In this document: positions 10,423 through 21,428 of the stretch, piece by piece | Layout of the letters: every line of letters starts with the position of its first letter | Position numbering within the stretch: the stretch's first letter is position 1 | Source of the DNA: Syntrophales bacterium | GTDB taxonomy: Bacteria; Desulfobacterota; Syntrophia; Syntrophales; PHBD01 | DNA: 64,000 nucleotides | NCBI GenBank assembly: GCA_963668175.1 | Contig: OY764159.1 | Span: 32,001 to 96,000 of the forward strand | Direction: 5' to 3' | Made by a program: the position numbers and the translations under genes | The notes under the pieces: generated by a model | Databases searched by the model: none | Seen by the model: the letters and a program-made list of their open reading frames with translations, nothing else | What the model was told of the DNA's origin: nothing

Positions 10423-10689
10423 TTATTTTCTGAGGCCAAGTCGCTGAACGATCGCTCTGTAACGATCAACATTGTTATTCTTCAGATAATCGAGAAGTCG
10501 TCTGCGTTGTCCGACCAGCTTTAAGAGCCCTCTCCGTGAGTGATGATCTTTCTTGTGCGCCTTGAAGTGTTCCGTGAGGTATTCTATCCTTGCACTTAAA
10601 AGAGCGATTTGGACTTCCGGCGACCCCGTATCCGTTTCATGAACGCGATATTTTCCGATAATATCTTTCCTTTTCTCTGAATCTAACAC
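10423..10689 (-). CDS. rpsO: 30S ribosomal protein S15
   Basis: [31 protein letters not shown] start with an AGGAGG RBS. Confidence 0.98.
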   Translation of the reverse strand: MLDSEKRKDIIGKYRVHETDTGSPEVQIALLSARIEYLTEHFKAHKKDHHSRRGLLKLVGQRRRLLDYLKNNNVDRYRAIVQRLGLRK

Positions 10690-10879
10690 TGCTTCATTTC
10701 CTCCTTCATATATGTTCGTCGCTATGTTGTATTCCCAAAAAAATGCGTCCCCTGCCGACTGCTGAAATTCGCCCCGTTGAACATGGCTCGATCGTTTTTA
10801 CCTGGGCTCTTGTAAAAACGGTCCTCCTATCGGTTCTTCACGGCATTTTATATTTTCTAATACATTTCCAATATTTCAA

Positions 10880-11815
10880 CTATCCCCTATTAAAAACTCG
10901 CAATATTTTAACGACTTGCATTCGCCGGTCTATCCCAGGCAATTCGCTGACCGGGTGCAACATCCTCCCAAGAGCGATCAACTGGTTGTTCTTCTGAGTA
11001 AATTTTATCACATCTCCCGCAGCAAGGAAAGGGATATGATACGCAAGCAGATTCTCCGCCGTCGGTTGCATGCCTTCCTTGATCCTTTCCGCCAGGACCT
11101 CGTCCACCGGAACGCTGGCCAAATCAGGAAGCATCCGGTCCAAGGGAATCATCCCCTCGGCCAGAATTCTGCGCTTTTCGCTCATGTTGCCCTCTTCCAG
11201 CAGGACCGCAGCCTCATGTGTAAAAGAACCGCTCCTGACGCGGTGCAACCGCGACAGGCACGCGCCGCAACCCAATGCGGCCCCCGCCTCCGAACACAGG
11301 GATCGGATATAGGTCCCCTTCGAGCAGGAGACGAAAAACGTAACGTAGGGAAGAGCGATGTCTTTTAAGAGAATCTTAAATATCTCCACCCTGCGGGAGG
11401 CGACATCAACCGCAACACCCTGTCTCGCCCATTTATAGAGCGACTTCCCCTTGTATTTGACCGCGGAATAAGCCGGCGGTTTCTGTTCCCGAAGCCCCAC
11501 CAAGCCCTTCAAGGCATCCTCGATACTGCTCTTGTCCACATTCGGCTCTCTGGATGACAGTATACGTCCGTCCGTATCCAACGTATCGGTCGTGACCCCC
11601 AGGAGCATCGTGGCGAGATAATCCTTGCTGTCTTCCGAAAAGAAAGAGGCCAATTTGGTCGCCTCATTCACACAAACAGGCAACACCCCCGTCGCCAGGG
11701 GATCAAGTGTCCCCGTGTGTCCGGCTTTTTTCACTCCCAGTATCTTCTTAACCTCATGGACAATGTCATGGGACGTCTTGCCCGACGGTTTATTAATGAC
11801 GACGACCCCATCCAT
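10880..11815 (-). CDS. truB: tRNA pseudouridine(55) synthase
   Basis: GHTGTLDPLATGVL, CSKGTYIRSL. Confidence 0.97.
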   Translation of the reverse strand: MDGVVVINKPSGKTSHDIVHEVKKILGVKKAGHTGTLDPLATGVLPVCVNEATKLASFFSEDSKDYLATMLLGVTTDTLDTDGRILSSREPNVDKSSIEDALKGLVGLREQKPPAYSAVKYKGKSLYKWARQGVAVDVASRRVEIFKILLKDIALPYVTFFVSCSKGTYIRSLCSEAGAALGCGACLSRLHRVRSGSFTHEAAVLLEEGNMSEKRRILAEGMIPLDRMLPDLASVPVDEVLAERIKEGMQPTAENLLAYHIPFLAAGDVIKFTQKNNQLIALGRMLHPVSELPGIDRRMQVVKILRVFNRG

Positions 11816-11819
11816 GGCG

Positions 11820-12773
11820 TTAGAACAATTCCCTTACGGCCGCTCCCACAGCCTGTTTCACCTGAGCGATATCCCCCCGGCAGCGGCAAGCAGCCGCGTT
11901 GATATGGCCGCCTCCGCCGAATTTTTCCGCGATCCCGGCAACATTGAATCTCTCCTTGGATCTGAGACTGACCTTGAAAAACTCATCCTTCATTTCCGAA
12001 TACAAGATGGAAACGACGACGCCGTCAATGGTCCTTGGTATATCGACGAATCCTTCCGACTGCTCCATCGTCGCTCCGGCCTGGTCCAGGGTGTTTTGCG
12101 TAATCACCAGGGACCCTACCCTGCCGTCCATATCGATTGCCAGGGTTTCCAGCGTCAGGGCAAGCAATCTGATTTTCGACAGAGGATTTTTTTCATACAC
12201 ATTTTCCGATATCCATTGCGGGTCGGCACCGCATGCGACCAAACCGGCGGCAGCCTGCAGGGATGCCTCTCCCGTGTTGCTGTACCGGAACCCGCCCGTA
12301 TCCGTAAGGATGCCCGCATAGAGATTGTTGGCCGCATCCTTGTTCAATTTCGCTTGCATCTGCCGGGCCAGACGAAATATCAGCTCCGAGGTAGAACTGG
12401 CATGTTCGTCGATGTAGGCCAACTCGCAAAAGCGCCTGTTGGAGATGTGGTGATCGATATTGATCAGCGTCCTTATGGCACCCAGCCCCGCGGCAAGGTC
12501 TCCCACACGGTCAAGCTCGCTGCAATCCAGGACAAAGGCCGCATCGAAATCTTCCATCGACGGCAGATCATGGACGATCCATTCGCTGCCCGGAAGAAAA
12601 CTGTAGTTATACGGCGTTTCATCCTGGTGGCAGATGACGGCCGATTTACCCATGCCGACAAGGATGTGGTAAAGCGCCAGCGCCGCCCCGATCGAATCGC
12701 CGTCAGGCCTGACATGCGATGTGATGAGAAACTTACGGCCGTCTCTTATGACATCAGCTATCTTTTGCAGCAT
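11820..12773 (-). CDS. nrnA: DHH family phosphoesterase (NrnA-like)
   Basis: HVRPDGDSIG, IDHH, TDTGGF, GGGGHINAA; start placed at MLQKIA. Confidence 0.9.
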   Translation of the reverse strand: MLQKIADVIRDGRKFLITSHVRPDGDSIGAALALYHILVGMGKSAVICHQDETPYNYSFLPGSEWIVHDLPSMEDFDAAFVLDCSELDRVGDLAAGLGAIRTLINIDHHISNRRFCELAYIDEHASSTSELIFRLARQMQAKLNKDAANNLYAGILTDTGGFRYSNTGEASLQAAAGLVACGADPQWISENVYEKNPLSKIRLLALTLETLAIDMDGRVGSLVITQNTLDQAGATMEQSEGFVDIPRTIDGVVVSILYSEMKDEFFKVSLRSKERFNVAGIAEKFGGGGHINAAACRCRGDIAQVKQAVGAAVRELF

Positions 12774-13128
12774 CACCTTCCTCTTGCTTGTGTATCTCGG
12801 CAATCAGCTTTTCGATGCGATTCCCGTAAGCGAACGAATGATCGAAAATAAAATGGATCTCCGGCGTATAGCGAAGCCGCAGACGCTTGCCCAGTTCACG
12901 GCGCAGAAACCCTTTTGCCCTCTGGAGTCCTTCCCGGGTATGGTCGTCTATCTGGTCCTTGCCCATTTCCACGAAGAATACCTTCGCCAAACGCAAATCG
13001 TCCGAGACTTCCACGTCGGTGATCGTCACGGTTCCTATCCCGGGGTCCCTGATCTGCTTCAAAAAAATATCCGAGATCTCCGCTTTGATGAGGTCAGCCA
13101 CCCTATCGGCTCTCTTAAATTGTGTCAT
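12754..13128 (-). CDS. rbfA: Ribosome-binding factor A
   Basis: RADRVAD, VTITDVEVSDDLRLAKV, LRYTPEI. Confidence 0.96.
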   Translation of the reverse strand: MTQFKRADRVADLIKAEISDIFLKQIRDPGIGTVTITDVEVSDDLRLAKVFFVEMGKDQIDDHTREGLQRAKGFLRRELGKRLRLRYTPEIHFIFDHSFAYGNRIEKLIAEIHKQEEGDAAKDS

Positions 13129-13453
13129 ACTTCTTTTCTTCGTAAGAAACCGGCGGCATTTCGTCGGAAAATCCCATGATTTCGATTTTCACATTGACAA
13201 CTTCCGCAGATCGCAACTCCTCGATAAAGTGGATCATATGGCTGATCTTTCCGTCCACAAAACGATGGTCGTTCCCCACGACGCTAAAACCGATCTTGGC
13301 CCGGCCCCAGAGTTCGTTGTCACCGACTTCCGCAATCGATACATTGAACTCGTTCTGGGTTCTCTTCAGAATGCTCTTCAGTACGGCTCTTTTCTCTTTC
13401 AGAGATCGGCTCTCCGCAATGAGCAATTCTATGATACCCGAACCGATAAACAT
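13115..13453 (-). CDS. DUF503 (YlxP-like) protein
   Basis: SLKEKRAVL, FNVSIAEV; between infB and rbfA. Confidence 0.9.
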   Translation of the reverse strand: MFIGSGIIELLIAESRSLKEKRAVLKSILKRTQNEFNVSIAEVGDNELWGRAKIGFSVVGNDHRFVDGKISHMIHFIEELRSAEVVNVKIEIMGFSDEMPPVSYEEKKYDTI

Positions 13454-13560
13454 AAATGAACCGGAACCCTATCTATACTTAAAAGATCATATCCTCTTGG
13501 GCGATCGATATCCGGCCGCTTGCGGGCTCCTTCGCGGGCGACGACGATACGTCCATCAGC

Positions 13561-16182
13561 CTAGAGTTTCTGTTCGACCCTTTCGCTGGTGTAGGCCTCG
13601 ATGATATCGCCCTCCTTGAGGTCGTTGAAATTCTCAATGCCTATGCCGCATTCGAAACCGTTCAAGACCTCCCGTACGTCGTCTTTTAGCCTTCTTAAGG
13701 AAGCAATCTTTCCCGTATAAACGACAACACCGTCCCTGACCAGCTTGAGATTGCTCTGTCGCGTAATCTTACCGTCCAGAACGTAGCTTCCTCCGATCGT
13801 ACCCACTTTAGGCACTTTGAAGAGCTGCCGTATCTCCGCGCGCCCCTGGATGACTTCCTTGTAAACGGGTTCCAGAAGCCCTTCCATGGCCGCTTTCACA
13901 TCGGCGATTACATTATAGATGACGTCGTAGAGCTTGATGTCCACACCTTCGCTCTCGGCAATTTCCGCAACTCTCCCGTCGGGCCTGACATTGAACCCGA
14001 TGATAATGGCGTTGGAGGCCGAAGCAAGCATGACATCCGTTTCGGTAATTGCACCCGTCGAACTGTGGATGATCTTCAATTTGATGTCCGCGGTACTCAG
14101 TTTATTGAGCGCTTCCGACAGGGCCTCTATCGACCCCTGGACATCGCCCTTGATAATGACGTTGAGTTCCTTCACGCCCTCCTTAATCTTCTGATACAGC
14201 TGCTCGAGGGTTATCTTGGAAGTAGCCGACAATTCTCTCTCACGCTCTTTACGCAACCAGTATTCGCCGATATTTCTCGCCTTCTTGTCGTCCTCGACCA
14301 CGGCGAATTCGGCGCTCACCTGCGGCACGCCGGAGAATCCGATGACCTCCACAGGCATGGCGGGTCCCGCTTCCTTGACGCGTTTTCCCTGGTCGTTGAC
14401 CAGGGCGCGAACCCTTCCGAATTCCGACCGGGATACGAAAGCGTCGCCTTCCCTCAAGGTTCCCTCCTGGATGAGGACGGTAGCGACGGGGCCGCGGCCT
14501 CGATCCAGTTTCGCCTCGATGATGACGCCTCGAGCGGGCCGGTCGGGATCGGCTTTCAGTTCCAGGATATCCGCCTGCAGAAGGATGAGTTCCAGAAGTT
14601 CCTCTATGCCTATCTTCTTTTTCGCCGAGACTTCGGAAAAAATCGTATCGCCGCCCCACTCTTCGGATACAAGCCCGTATTCGGTCAACGCCTGTTTTAT
14701 CTTTTCCGGGTCGGCTCCCGGCTTATCAATCTTATTGATCGCGACCATAATCGGGACACCGGCGGACCGCGAATGGTTGATCGCTTCCACGGTCTGGCCC
14801 ATGACGCCGTCGTCCGCCGCAACAACAAGCACGACGATATCCGTCACCTTGGCCCCTCTCGCCCTCATGGCCGTAAAGGCCTCATGGCCGGGAGTATCCA
14901 GGAAAACGATGTCCCTGTCTTTGAGGTGAACATGGTAGGCCCCGATTGCCTGTGTGATTCCGCCCGCCTCTCCCTCGATGACATTGGTTTGTCTTATGGC
15001 ATCCAGCAGAGATGTCTTGCCGTGATCGACATGTCCCATGATGGTGACGACCGGCGCCCGCGGTTGCAGGTTCTGCGAAAGCTGCTCCGACTTCAGCATG
15101 GAATCGTCAAACTCCGTCGCCGCTTCCACTTGATAACCGAATTCCGAGGCGATGAGTGTTGCGGTTTCGATATCGACCGCCTGGTTAATGGTCACCATGA
15201 GGCCAAGGCCCATGAGTTTATTGATGACTTCGCTGGCCTTGACACCCATCTTCTTTGCCAGGTCACCGACGCTGATCGCCTCGACCACCCTGATCCGTCT
15301 TTTGATGGCCTTGGGTACGGTGATCTCCGTCTTTTTCATCTTCACGGCCAGCGGCTTCTTTTCTTCCTTCCATTTGCCCGGCCACTTCTGGGGACGATCG
15401 TCCGTTTCAAGGACTTCCCGCCTGTCTTTCTTATCGACAATCTTCTTGATAAAGGCCTTTTTCCTCGTCTGGGCCTGGTCCCCCATGATCACTTCGATGG
15501 GTTTTTTTCCTTTTTTCGGATATTTATCCACCTCCACCTTGGCCGGCTTTTCGGCGGCCGGCGCAGCGGGCGGCAGCTCTATAATTTTAGCCTTGGGAAC
15601 TGCCGCTGCCGGCTCTTGAGGCCTGCCTGGAGCAACATCTCTTCTTTTGTCTTTCCTGGGCGGAAATTTCTTGAAGTCTCGCGGCGGAGGCGGCGTAACT
15701 GGCGGTTTGACCTGAATCTCTGCCGCCGGCGGCACCGCCTTCACAACTCCTTCCGGCTGGGAAGGGGGAGGCGGGGGAGGAGGCGTTTCCTTGTCCGGTT
15801 CGATGCGTCCTTCTTCAACGACGGACGGTTCCGGGGGCGGCGCAGCAACCGTCACGGGGATTTCGGCCTCCGGTTCAGCAACCGCCTCTTCTGCCTGTGA
15901 TGGAGCCGGCGGCTCTTCCAGCTGCGTTTCAACGGCCTGCGGCGTTTCCTCGGCAGGAGCGGCGACGGCCCTTCTCCGGATAACTGTGGATTTAATTCTC
16001 TTTTCAACAACTTCTTTTGGCTCAGCCGAGAAAAAATCCCTCTTCACCCGTTCGATGTCGCTATCTTCCAATGTACTGGAATGGGACTTGACTGCAATGC
16101 CCAGTTTTTCCAGTCGGGTCAGCAGATCCTTGTTCTCGATTCCCAATTCCTTGGCCAGCTCATAAACCCTTTTCTTAGACAT
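13561..16182 (-). CDS. infB: Translation initiation factor IF-2
   Basis: [24 protein letters not shown]; Pro/Ala-rich N-terminal linker. Confidence 0.98.
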   Translation of the reverse strand: MSKKRVYELAKELGIENKDLLTRLEKLGIAVKSHSSTLEDSDIERVKRDFFSAEPKEVVEKRIKSTVIRRRAVAAPAEETPQAVETQLEEPPAPSQAEEAVAEPEAEIPVTVAAPPPEPSVVEEGRIEPDKETPPPPPPPSQPEGVVKAVPPAAEIQVKPPVTPPPPRDFKKFPPRKDKRRDVAPGRPQEPAAAVPKAKIIELPPAAPAAEKPAKVEVDKYPKKGKKPIEVIMGDQAQTRKKAFIKKIVDKKDRREVLETDDRPQKWPGKWKEEKKPLAVKMKKTEITVPKAIKRRIRVVEAISVGDLAKKMGVKASEVINKLMGLGLMVTINQAVDIETATLIASEFGYQVEAATEFDDSMLKSEQLSQNLQPRAPVVTIMGHVDHGKTSLLDAIRQTNVIEGEAGGITQAIGAYHVHLKDRDIVFLDTPGHEAFTAMRARGAKVTDIVVLVVAADDGVMGQTVEAINHSRSAGVPIMVAINKIDKPGADPEKIKQALTEYGLVSEEWGGDTIFSEVSAKKKIGIEELLELILLQADILELKADPDRPARGVIIEAKLDRGRGPVATVLIQEGTLREGDAFVSRSEFGRVRALVNDQGKRVKEAGPAMPVEVIGFSGVPQVSAEFAVVEDDKKARNIGEYWLRKERERELSATSKITLEQLYQKIKEGVKELNVIIKGDVQGSIEALSEALNKLSTADIKLKIIHSSTGAITETDVMLASASNAIIIGFNVRPDGRVAEIAESEGVDIKLYDVIYNVIADVKAAMEGLLEPVYKEVIQGRAEIRQLFKVPKVGTIGGSYVLDGKITRQSNLKLVRDGVVVYTGKIASLRRLKDDVREVLNGFECGIGIENFNDLKEGDIIEAYTSERVEQKL

Positions 16183-16227
16183 CCTCGATACTCCCGTCTC
16201 TAACCTCTTGTGGATTCTGCGCGGATA

Positions 16228-17490
16228 TTAGACAGCTTTATTACCGCTTGTCTTTTCTTCGATAATTTTTGTCGCCGCCTCAATCCAGTGCGTTGCGGTC
16301 TTTTCACCCACCCCTTGAATAGCCGACAGCACCTCCGGGTCAGCGGAAGCAATCATGGCGATACTCTTTAAGCCTTCGTTATAAAGACGCTCCGCCGTGA
16401 CCTCCCCTATGCCGGGGATGCTCATGAGGGACTGATATCCTTCCTCCTTCTGTGTTGCCGCAATAGCCTCCGTTTTCACATCTATCTTCCAGCCAGTCAG
16501 CTTGACGGCCAACCTGACATTCTGTCCATTCTTGCCAATGGCCAGAGAAAGCTGATCGTCGGGAACGAGAATCTCCATCGAGCGGTTCTCTTCGTCCATG
16601 AAAACACGGTCCACCTTTGCCGGAGACAAAGCGCTGCAGACATATTTGGCCTGGTCGTCCGAATAAGGCACGATATCAATCTTTTCTCCCCGTAACTCCT
16701 GGACGACGCTCTGGACTCTGGAACCCCTCATGCCGACGCATGCACCGACGGGGTCGATATCTTTGTCCCTCGATCTGACGGATATTTTGGCACGCTTTCC
16801 CGGTTCACGCGCTACATTGACGATCTCGATCAGTCCTTCCGATATTTCCGGCACCTCGACCTCAAAAAGGGCCTTCAGGAAACCCGGATGGGTTCTGGAG
16901 AGGATGATCTGCGGCCCCTTCGATATTCTTTTGATATCGAATATGTAAGCCCTGATCCTTTCCCCCCGTTTGTAAACCTCGCGGTGGATCTGCTCCGACG
17001 TGGGAATGACACCTTCCGCCCGCCCCAGATTGACGATGATAGCCCCGCCGTCGAATCTCTGAACAAAACCGTTGACCAGTTCGCTTTTCTTGTCCTTATA
17101 TTCGTCGTAAATGTTGTCGCGTTCGGCATCCTTAACCCGCTGGATGATAATCTGTTTGGCCGTCTGTATGGCAATCCGGCCGAAGGTGCTCGTATCGATC
17201 TTTATCCCGAGACTGTCGCCCGGTTCGGCCTCTTCGTCAAGAGCCGCCCGTGCCTCGGCCAACGAGACGTGCAGGTCCGGATCGAGGACACGCTCCATAA
17301 CCGTTTTGAACTGGAATACCTCGATTTCACCGACTTCCTCGTTGTAATGCGCTTCAATATCGACATCGGGACCGAGCTTCTTCCGGGCTGCGGTCAGCAT
17401 AGCAGCTTCCAGCGCTTCGATAATGATCGTTTTATCGATGCCCCTATCCTTACCCATCTGCTCGATCAGACGCTTCAGCTCTGAAAACAT
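16228..17490 (-). CDS. nusA: Transcription termination/antitermination factor NusA
   Basis: FGRIAIQTAKQ, DPVGACVGMRGSRV, SLAIGKNGQNVRLA; C-terminal HhH. Confidence 0.98.
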   Translation of the reverse strand: MFSELKRLIEQMGKDRGIDKTIIIEALEAAMLTAARKKLGPDVDIEAHYNEEVGEIEVFQFKTVMERVLDPDLHVSLAEARAALDEEAEPGDSLGIKIDTSTFGRIAIQTAKQIIIQRVKDAERDNIYDEYKDKKSELVNGFVQRFDGGAIIVNLGRAEGVIPTSEQIHREVYKRGERIRAYIFDIKRISKGPQIILSRTHPGFLKALFEVEVPEISEGLIEIVNVAREPGKRAKISVRSRDKDIDPVGACVGMRGSRVQSVVQELRGEKIDIVPYSDDQAKYVCSALSPAKVDRVFMDEENRSMEILVPDDQLSLAIGKNGQNVRLAVKLTGWKIDVKTEAIAATQKEEGYQSLMSIPGIGEVTAERLYNEGLKSIAMIASADPEVLSAIQGVGEKTATHWIEAATKIIEEKTSGNKAV

Positions 17491-17547
17491 TTTAAAGCTC
17501 CTCCAAGTATTTATATCACTCTCAACCTGTCCGGCGACGGGAATCCG

Positions 17548-18024
17548 TCATTTGATCGCATAATCGGGTTTTAAGTTCGCCCGGGCAACCTTGTTCCGGG
17601 GAATGCGATGCCGCTTACCGGAAATATCGATGATTAATATTTTTCCGCCGGGTTCGTCAGAATAATCTTCAAGAATACCTGCAAAATTCTGAATTCCGTC
17701 GATCTTCTCCTTTGCTTTTACTGTAACCCGGTTGCCTCTGAACTTCAGGAAATCTTCGTCGCGAGACAAGGGACGATCCAATCCGGGCGATGACACTTCC
17801 AGGGTGTAGGGTCCCGGCGGCACGTCATGAACATCGAGCAAATCGCCCAGTTGATTGCTGACCTCGGTGCAGTCATCAATGGTGACTCCCGTTTCTTTAT
17901 CGAGGTAAAGACGCACAACCCAGCGCGATTTCATCCTCAGGCATTCAACATGGATCAGTTCCATGCCTTCAGCCGCCACAAGAGGCTCGGCCAGTTCCCT
18001 GACCCTATCCTGATAAGCATCCAT
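17548..18024 (-). CDS. rimP: Ribosome maturation factor RimP
   Basis: GVTIDDC, YTLEVSSPGLDRPL. Confidence 0.96.
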   Translation of the reverse strand: MDAYQDRVRELAEPLVAAEGMELIHVECLRMKSRWVVRLYLDKETGVTIDDCTEVSNQLGDLLDVHDVPPGPYTLEVSSPGLDRPLSRDEDFLKFRGNRVTVKAKEKIDGIQNFAGILEDYSDEPGGKILIIDISGKRHRIPRNKVARANLKPDYAIK

Positions 18025-18043
18025 TTTTCGATCACATTAAAAC

Positions 18044-18067
18044 AAAAAAGTGGGCACGGGCCCACTC
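18044..18067 (-). terminator. rimP leader terminator/attenuator hairpin
   Basis: GAGUGGGC-CCGU-GCCCACUU followed by a U-run, about 20 nt before rimP; resembles the known rimP leader hairpin. Confidence 0.75.
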
Positions 18068-18190
18068 ATCAGAACAACAACGATGATTTTCAGCGGTTGC
18101 TTAACACGATACAGCGACAAATGCAAGAGAAAAAAACGACTTTCATGCTCAGGGGGCACCCTGGCGGCGACGGAAAGTCATGCGGTAAAT

Positions 18191-18265
<75 letters not shown>

Positions 18266-18290
18266 TTAGTTTCAATGGAAAAGCGAAGCA

Positions 18291-18318
18291 ATCTTATTCA
18301 ACGGCACCCATTTGTCAA
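18291..18318 (-). promoter_or_regulatory. Sigma70-type promoter for tRNA-Gly
   Basis: TTGACA-16 nt-TAAGAT with an upstream A-tract. Confidence 0.65.
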
Positions 18319-18662
18319 GGTTTTTTTGCGTTCCGGAGGTTTAACCCGTCAATGTCACCCGTCCTTATGTCGACATATGATGTTGTGACATCCGCATCGG
18401 CAGCCATCTCATCGCATCGCACGCAGTAGGCACGTTAAGTCTTTATCTTCAACAATCTTTTCCCTTCCGGGAGGAATTATGGTATGAATTTCCCGTTTTT
18501 CTTAAAGCCCAAGGTGATGTGTTATTTTTCAGAATTGCTTTCGGCCCGTACAGTGGTGGTGCCGACGGGTCGCAAGGAAAAGGCGATTCCGAAGTCTGAT
18601 GGACCGGTCAGGTTTCGAGAGTCGAATGTTACCTTGATATTTAAGAAGAGGAGGACGACTTT

Positions 18663-20039
18663 GTGTTTACTAAAATTCTGATCGCCAATCGTGGTGAAAT
18701 AGCCGTCCGGATTATCCGTACATGCCGCGATATGGGTATCCGCACGGTAGCTGTTTATTCGGAAGCTGACAGGCATGCCCTTCATGTCAAGCTGGCCGAC
18801 GAGGCTTATGAAATCGGGGCGGCAAGACCGTTGAATAGTTATCTCAACATCGAGAAGATACTGGATACGGCCGAAAACAGCGGTGCGGAAGCCATCCACC
18901 CCGGATACGGTTTTCTGGCGGAAAATCCGGAGTTTGCTGACATGTGTGAGCAGCGCGGCCTGACGTTTATCGGCCCCCCCAGCGAATGCATGTATCGCGC
19001 CAAACCGAAGAACAAAGCCAGGCAACTCATGAAGATGATCAATATTCCCGTAACACCGGGAAGTGACGAGGCTATTTCCGGGGCTAACGAAAAAGGTTTA
19101 AAAAAAGCGGAGGAAATCGCCTCTGAAATCGGCTACCCCGTCATTGTCAAGCCTTCCGGCGCCGGCGGCGGGATAGGAATCCGCATAGCCCGCAACCGGG
19201 AAGAGCTGGAGAGGGCCATCCGCTTCGCCGAACTGCGCGGCAGGAACTCCTTCGGCATTTCAGCCTTCTACATCGAGAAGTTCCTGACGGGAGTCAAACA
19301 CATCGAATTTCAGGTGCTGGCCGATAAACACGGCAACGTCCTGCACCTGGGCGATCGGGACTGCTCCGTTCAACGGCGCTATCAAAAACTCGTGGAAGAG
19401 ACACCGGGACCGAACATGACGCCCTTCCTGCGCATGAAAATGGGCGCCGCTGCTATCGACGTAGCCATGATATTACAGTATACGAACGCCCTGACGGTCG
19501 AATTTTTTTATTTTCCGGAGACCCGGCAATTTTATTTCAATGAGATCAATTCCCGCCTTCAAGTGGAACATTGCATCACCGAATTGGCGACCGGTGTTGA
19601 TATCGTCCGGGAGCAAATCAGGATAGCCGCAGGCCAGGAACTCCTCTGCAACCAGGACGATATTCGCATGAGTCGTCACGCCCTGGAATGCCGCATCATG
19701 GCTGAAGACCCTTCCCGGAATTTTATCCCGTCCCCGGGTCTCATCAAGAGGCTGAGACTGCCACACGGACCCGGCATCCGCATCGACGAAGGTATTTACG
19801 AGGGATACGATGTTTCGATCTATTATGATTCGCTGCTGATGAAGGTCATGAGCTGGGCGCGAACGAGAGAAGAATGCATCGCCCGGATGAAAAGGGCCCT
19901 GGGAGAAATACAGGTGGCCGGCATCCATACGACTGTTCCCTTTCATCAGGCGATTATGGACGACGAAGACTTCACTTCCGGCAGGTATACGACAGACATC
20001 ATCAATAAACCGAGCCTGCAGGCCAGGCTGAAAGGATAA
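18663..20039 (+). CDS. Biotin carboxylase subunit (AccC/PycA-like)
   Basis: KILIANRGEIA, IHPGYGFLAEN, RDCSVQRR, RLQVEH, YYDS; GTG start with a GAGGAGG RBS. Confidence 0.92.
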   Translation: MFTKILIANRGEIAVRIIRTCRDMGIRTVAVYSEADRHALHVKLADEAYEIGAARPLNSYLNIEKILDTAENSGAEAIHPGYGFLAENPEFADMCEQRGLTFIGPPSECMYRAKPKNKARQLMKMINIPVTPGSDEAISGANEKGLKKAEEIASEIGYPVIVKPSGAGGGIGIRIARNREELERAIRFAELRGRNSFGISAFYIEKFLTGVKHIEFQVLADKHGNVLHLGDRDCSVQRRYQKLVEETPGPNMTPFLRMKMGAAAIDVAMILQYTNALTVEFFYFPETRQFYFNEINSRLQVEHCITELATGVDIVREQIRIAAGQELLCNQDDIRMSRHALECRIMAEDPSRNFIPSPGLIKRLRLPHGPGIRIDEGIYEGYDVSIYYDSLLMKVMSWARTREECIARMKRALGEIQVAGIHTTVPFHQAIMDDEDFTSGRYTTDIINKPSLQARLKG

Positions 20040-20064
20040 CCGTCGATACCGGCGCCACGAGGAC

Positions 20065-20625
20065 ATGGAATCAATCATTCGGGATTACGGCTACTGGGCG
20101 GTTCTCGCCGGAACATTCTTTGAGGGAGAAACCGTTTTGATTCTCGCCGGCTTTGCCTGCCATCAGGGGTATCTCGACCTGCGTTACGTGATTATGATGG
20201 CGCTTCTGGGCAGTTTCGCGGGTGACCAGCTCTTCTTCCGCTTCGGCAGGCTTCAGAAGAATATCTGGTTTATCAAGGGACCTGTATGGGAAGCCCGCAG
20301 CGAGAAGGCTAAAAGGCTGCTGGAAAAGCACCAGATTCTTATCATTCTCGGTTCCCGGTTTTTATACGGCATGAGAATGCTGCTCCCCTACCTGATCGGT
20401 ATGAGCCGTGTCAGGGCCTCCCGGTTCGTTCTCCTGAATTTCGCCGGAGCCCTGGCCTGGGCCTCACTGGTCGGCGGTCTCGGATACCTCTTCGGCAACA
20501 TCATGGTGCTGATCATGGGTAACGTCAAGAAGTACGAACTCATGATCATGGCCCTGGTCCTCGGTTTGGGCCTTTGTGTCTGGTTGATCGGCTCCCGGCG
20601 GCGCAGGTCAAAACCGGTCAAGTAG
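20065..20625 (+). CDS. DedA family membrane protein
   Basis: YGYWAV..GTFFEGE, GDQLFF, RFLYGMR. Confidence 0.9.
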   Translation: MESIIRDYGYWAVLAGTFFEGETVLILAGFACHQGYLDLRYVIMMALLGSFAGDQLFFRFGRLQKNIWFIKGPVWEARSEKAKRLLEKHQILIILGSRFLYGMRMLLPYLIGMSRVRASRFVLLNFAGALAWASLVGGLGYLFGNIMVLIMGNVKKYELMIMALVLGLGLCVWLIGSRRRRSKPVK

Positions 20626-20633
20626 CGAACGTT

Positions 20634-21428
20634 TCAGTCAAGGGCCTGTCTGATTTGACCGATGTAGGAGGCGACAAGAGCGGGAAGCTCTTTTCTGCCG
20701 GCGTTATCGGCAACCATCCGGACAAGGGCGCTGCCTATGACGATACCGTCCGCCAGCGGGGCGATCTCCGCCGCCTGTTCGGGTGTGGAAATACCGAAGC
20801 CGGCAACGACGGGCAGATTCGTGAGGCCCTTGATCCGTTTCACATCCGCATCAACGGACAGAGCATCGGGCCGGGCCGTACCCGTTACGCCCGTAATGGT
20901 GATGTAATAAAGAAACCCTTTCGCCCGGGAGACGATCCTGCCTATCCTCGTATCGTCCGTGGTCGGAGCGATGAGCGAGATGAAGTCTATACCTGCCCGG
21001 TCGGTGTGACGACGCAGTTCCGCAGATTCCTCGGGAGGAAGATCGACGAGGAGAATGCCGTCCACTCCTGCTGCTTTTGCCGCGGCGGCAAAAGCTTCAC
21101 AGCCGAAACGGTAGACGGGATTATAATAACCAAAAAGAACAATCGGTATCTCGCACTGCCTGCGCACCGACGCGATCATCTGCAGGGCGGCCTCCAGGGT
21201 GACGCCGTTTTGGAGAGACCGGTGCGAAGCCGCCTGAATGACCGGCCCATCGGCTGTAGGATCGGAGAAAGGGACGCCGATCTCCAGAATATCGACGCCG
21301 GCGCGATTAAGTTCGGTAATTAGAGCTTCGGTAGTCGCAAGCGACGGGTCCCCGGCCGTCAGATAAACGACCAATGCCTTTCTTTTCTCTTTTTTCAGTC
21401 TTGCGAACGTTCGATCTATCCTGTTCAT
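20634..21428 (-). CDS. trpA: Tryptophan synthase alpha chain
   Basis: [30 protein letters not shown]. Confidence 0.98.
   Translation of the reverse strand: MNRIDRTFARLKKEKRKALVVYLTAGDPSLATTEALITELNRAGVDILEIGVPFSDPTADGPVIQAASHRSLQNGVTLEAALQMIASVRRQCEIPIVLFGYYNPVYRFGCEAFAAAAKAAGVDGILLVDLPPEESAELRRHTDRAGIDFISLIAPTTDDTRIGRIVSRAKGFLYYITITGVTGTARPDALSVDADVKRIKGLTNLPVVAGFGISTPEQAAEIAPLADGIVIGSALVRMVADNAGRKELPALVASYIGQIRQALD

Noticed and set aside
14065..15900. 611-aa + strand ORF, and similar long antisense ORFs such as 11625-12851 and 42875-43804
   Set aside because: Shadow ORFs opposite conserved genes in GC-rich DNA, with no recognisable motifs.
15540..15970. Pro/Ala-rich repetitive DNA in infB
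   Set aside because: Normal variable linker of IF-2, not a repeat element.
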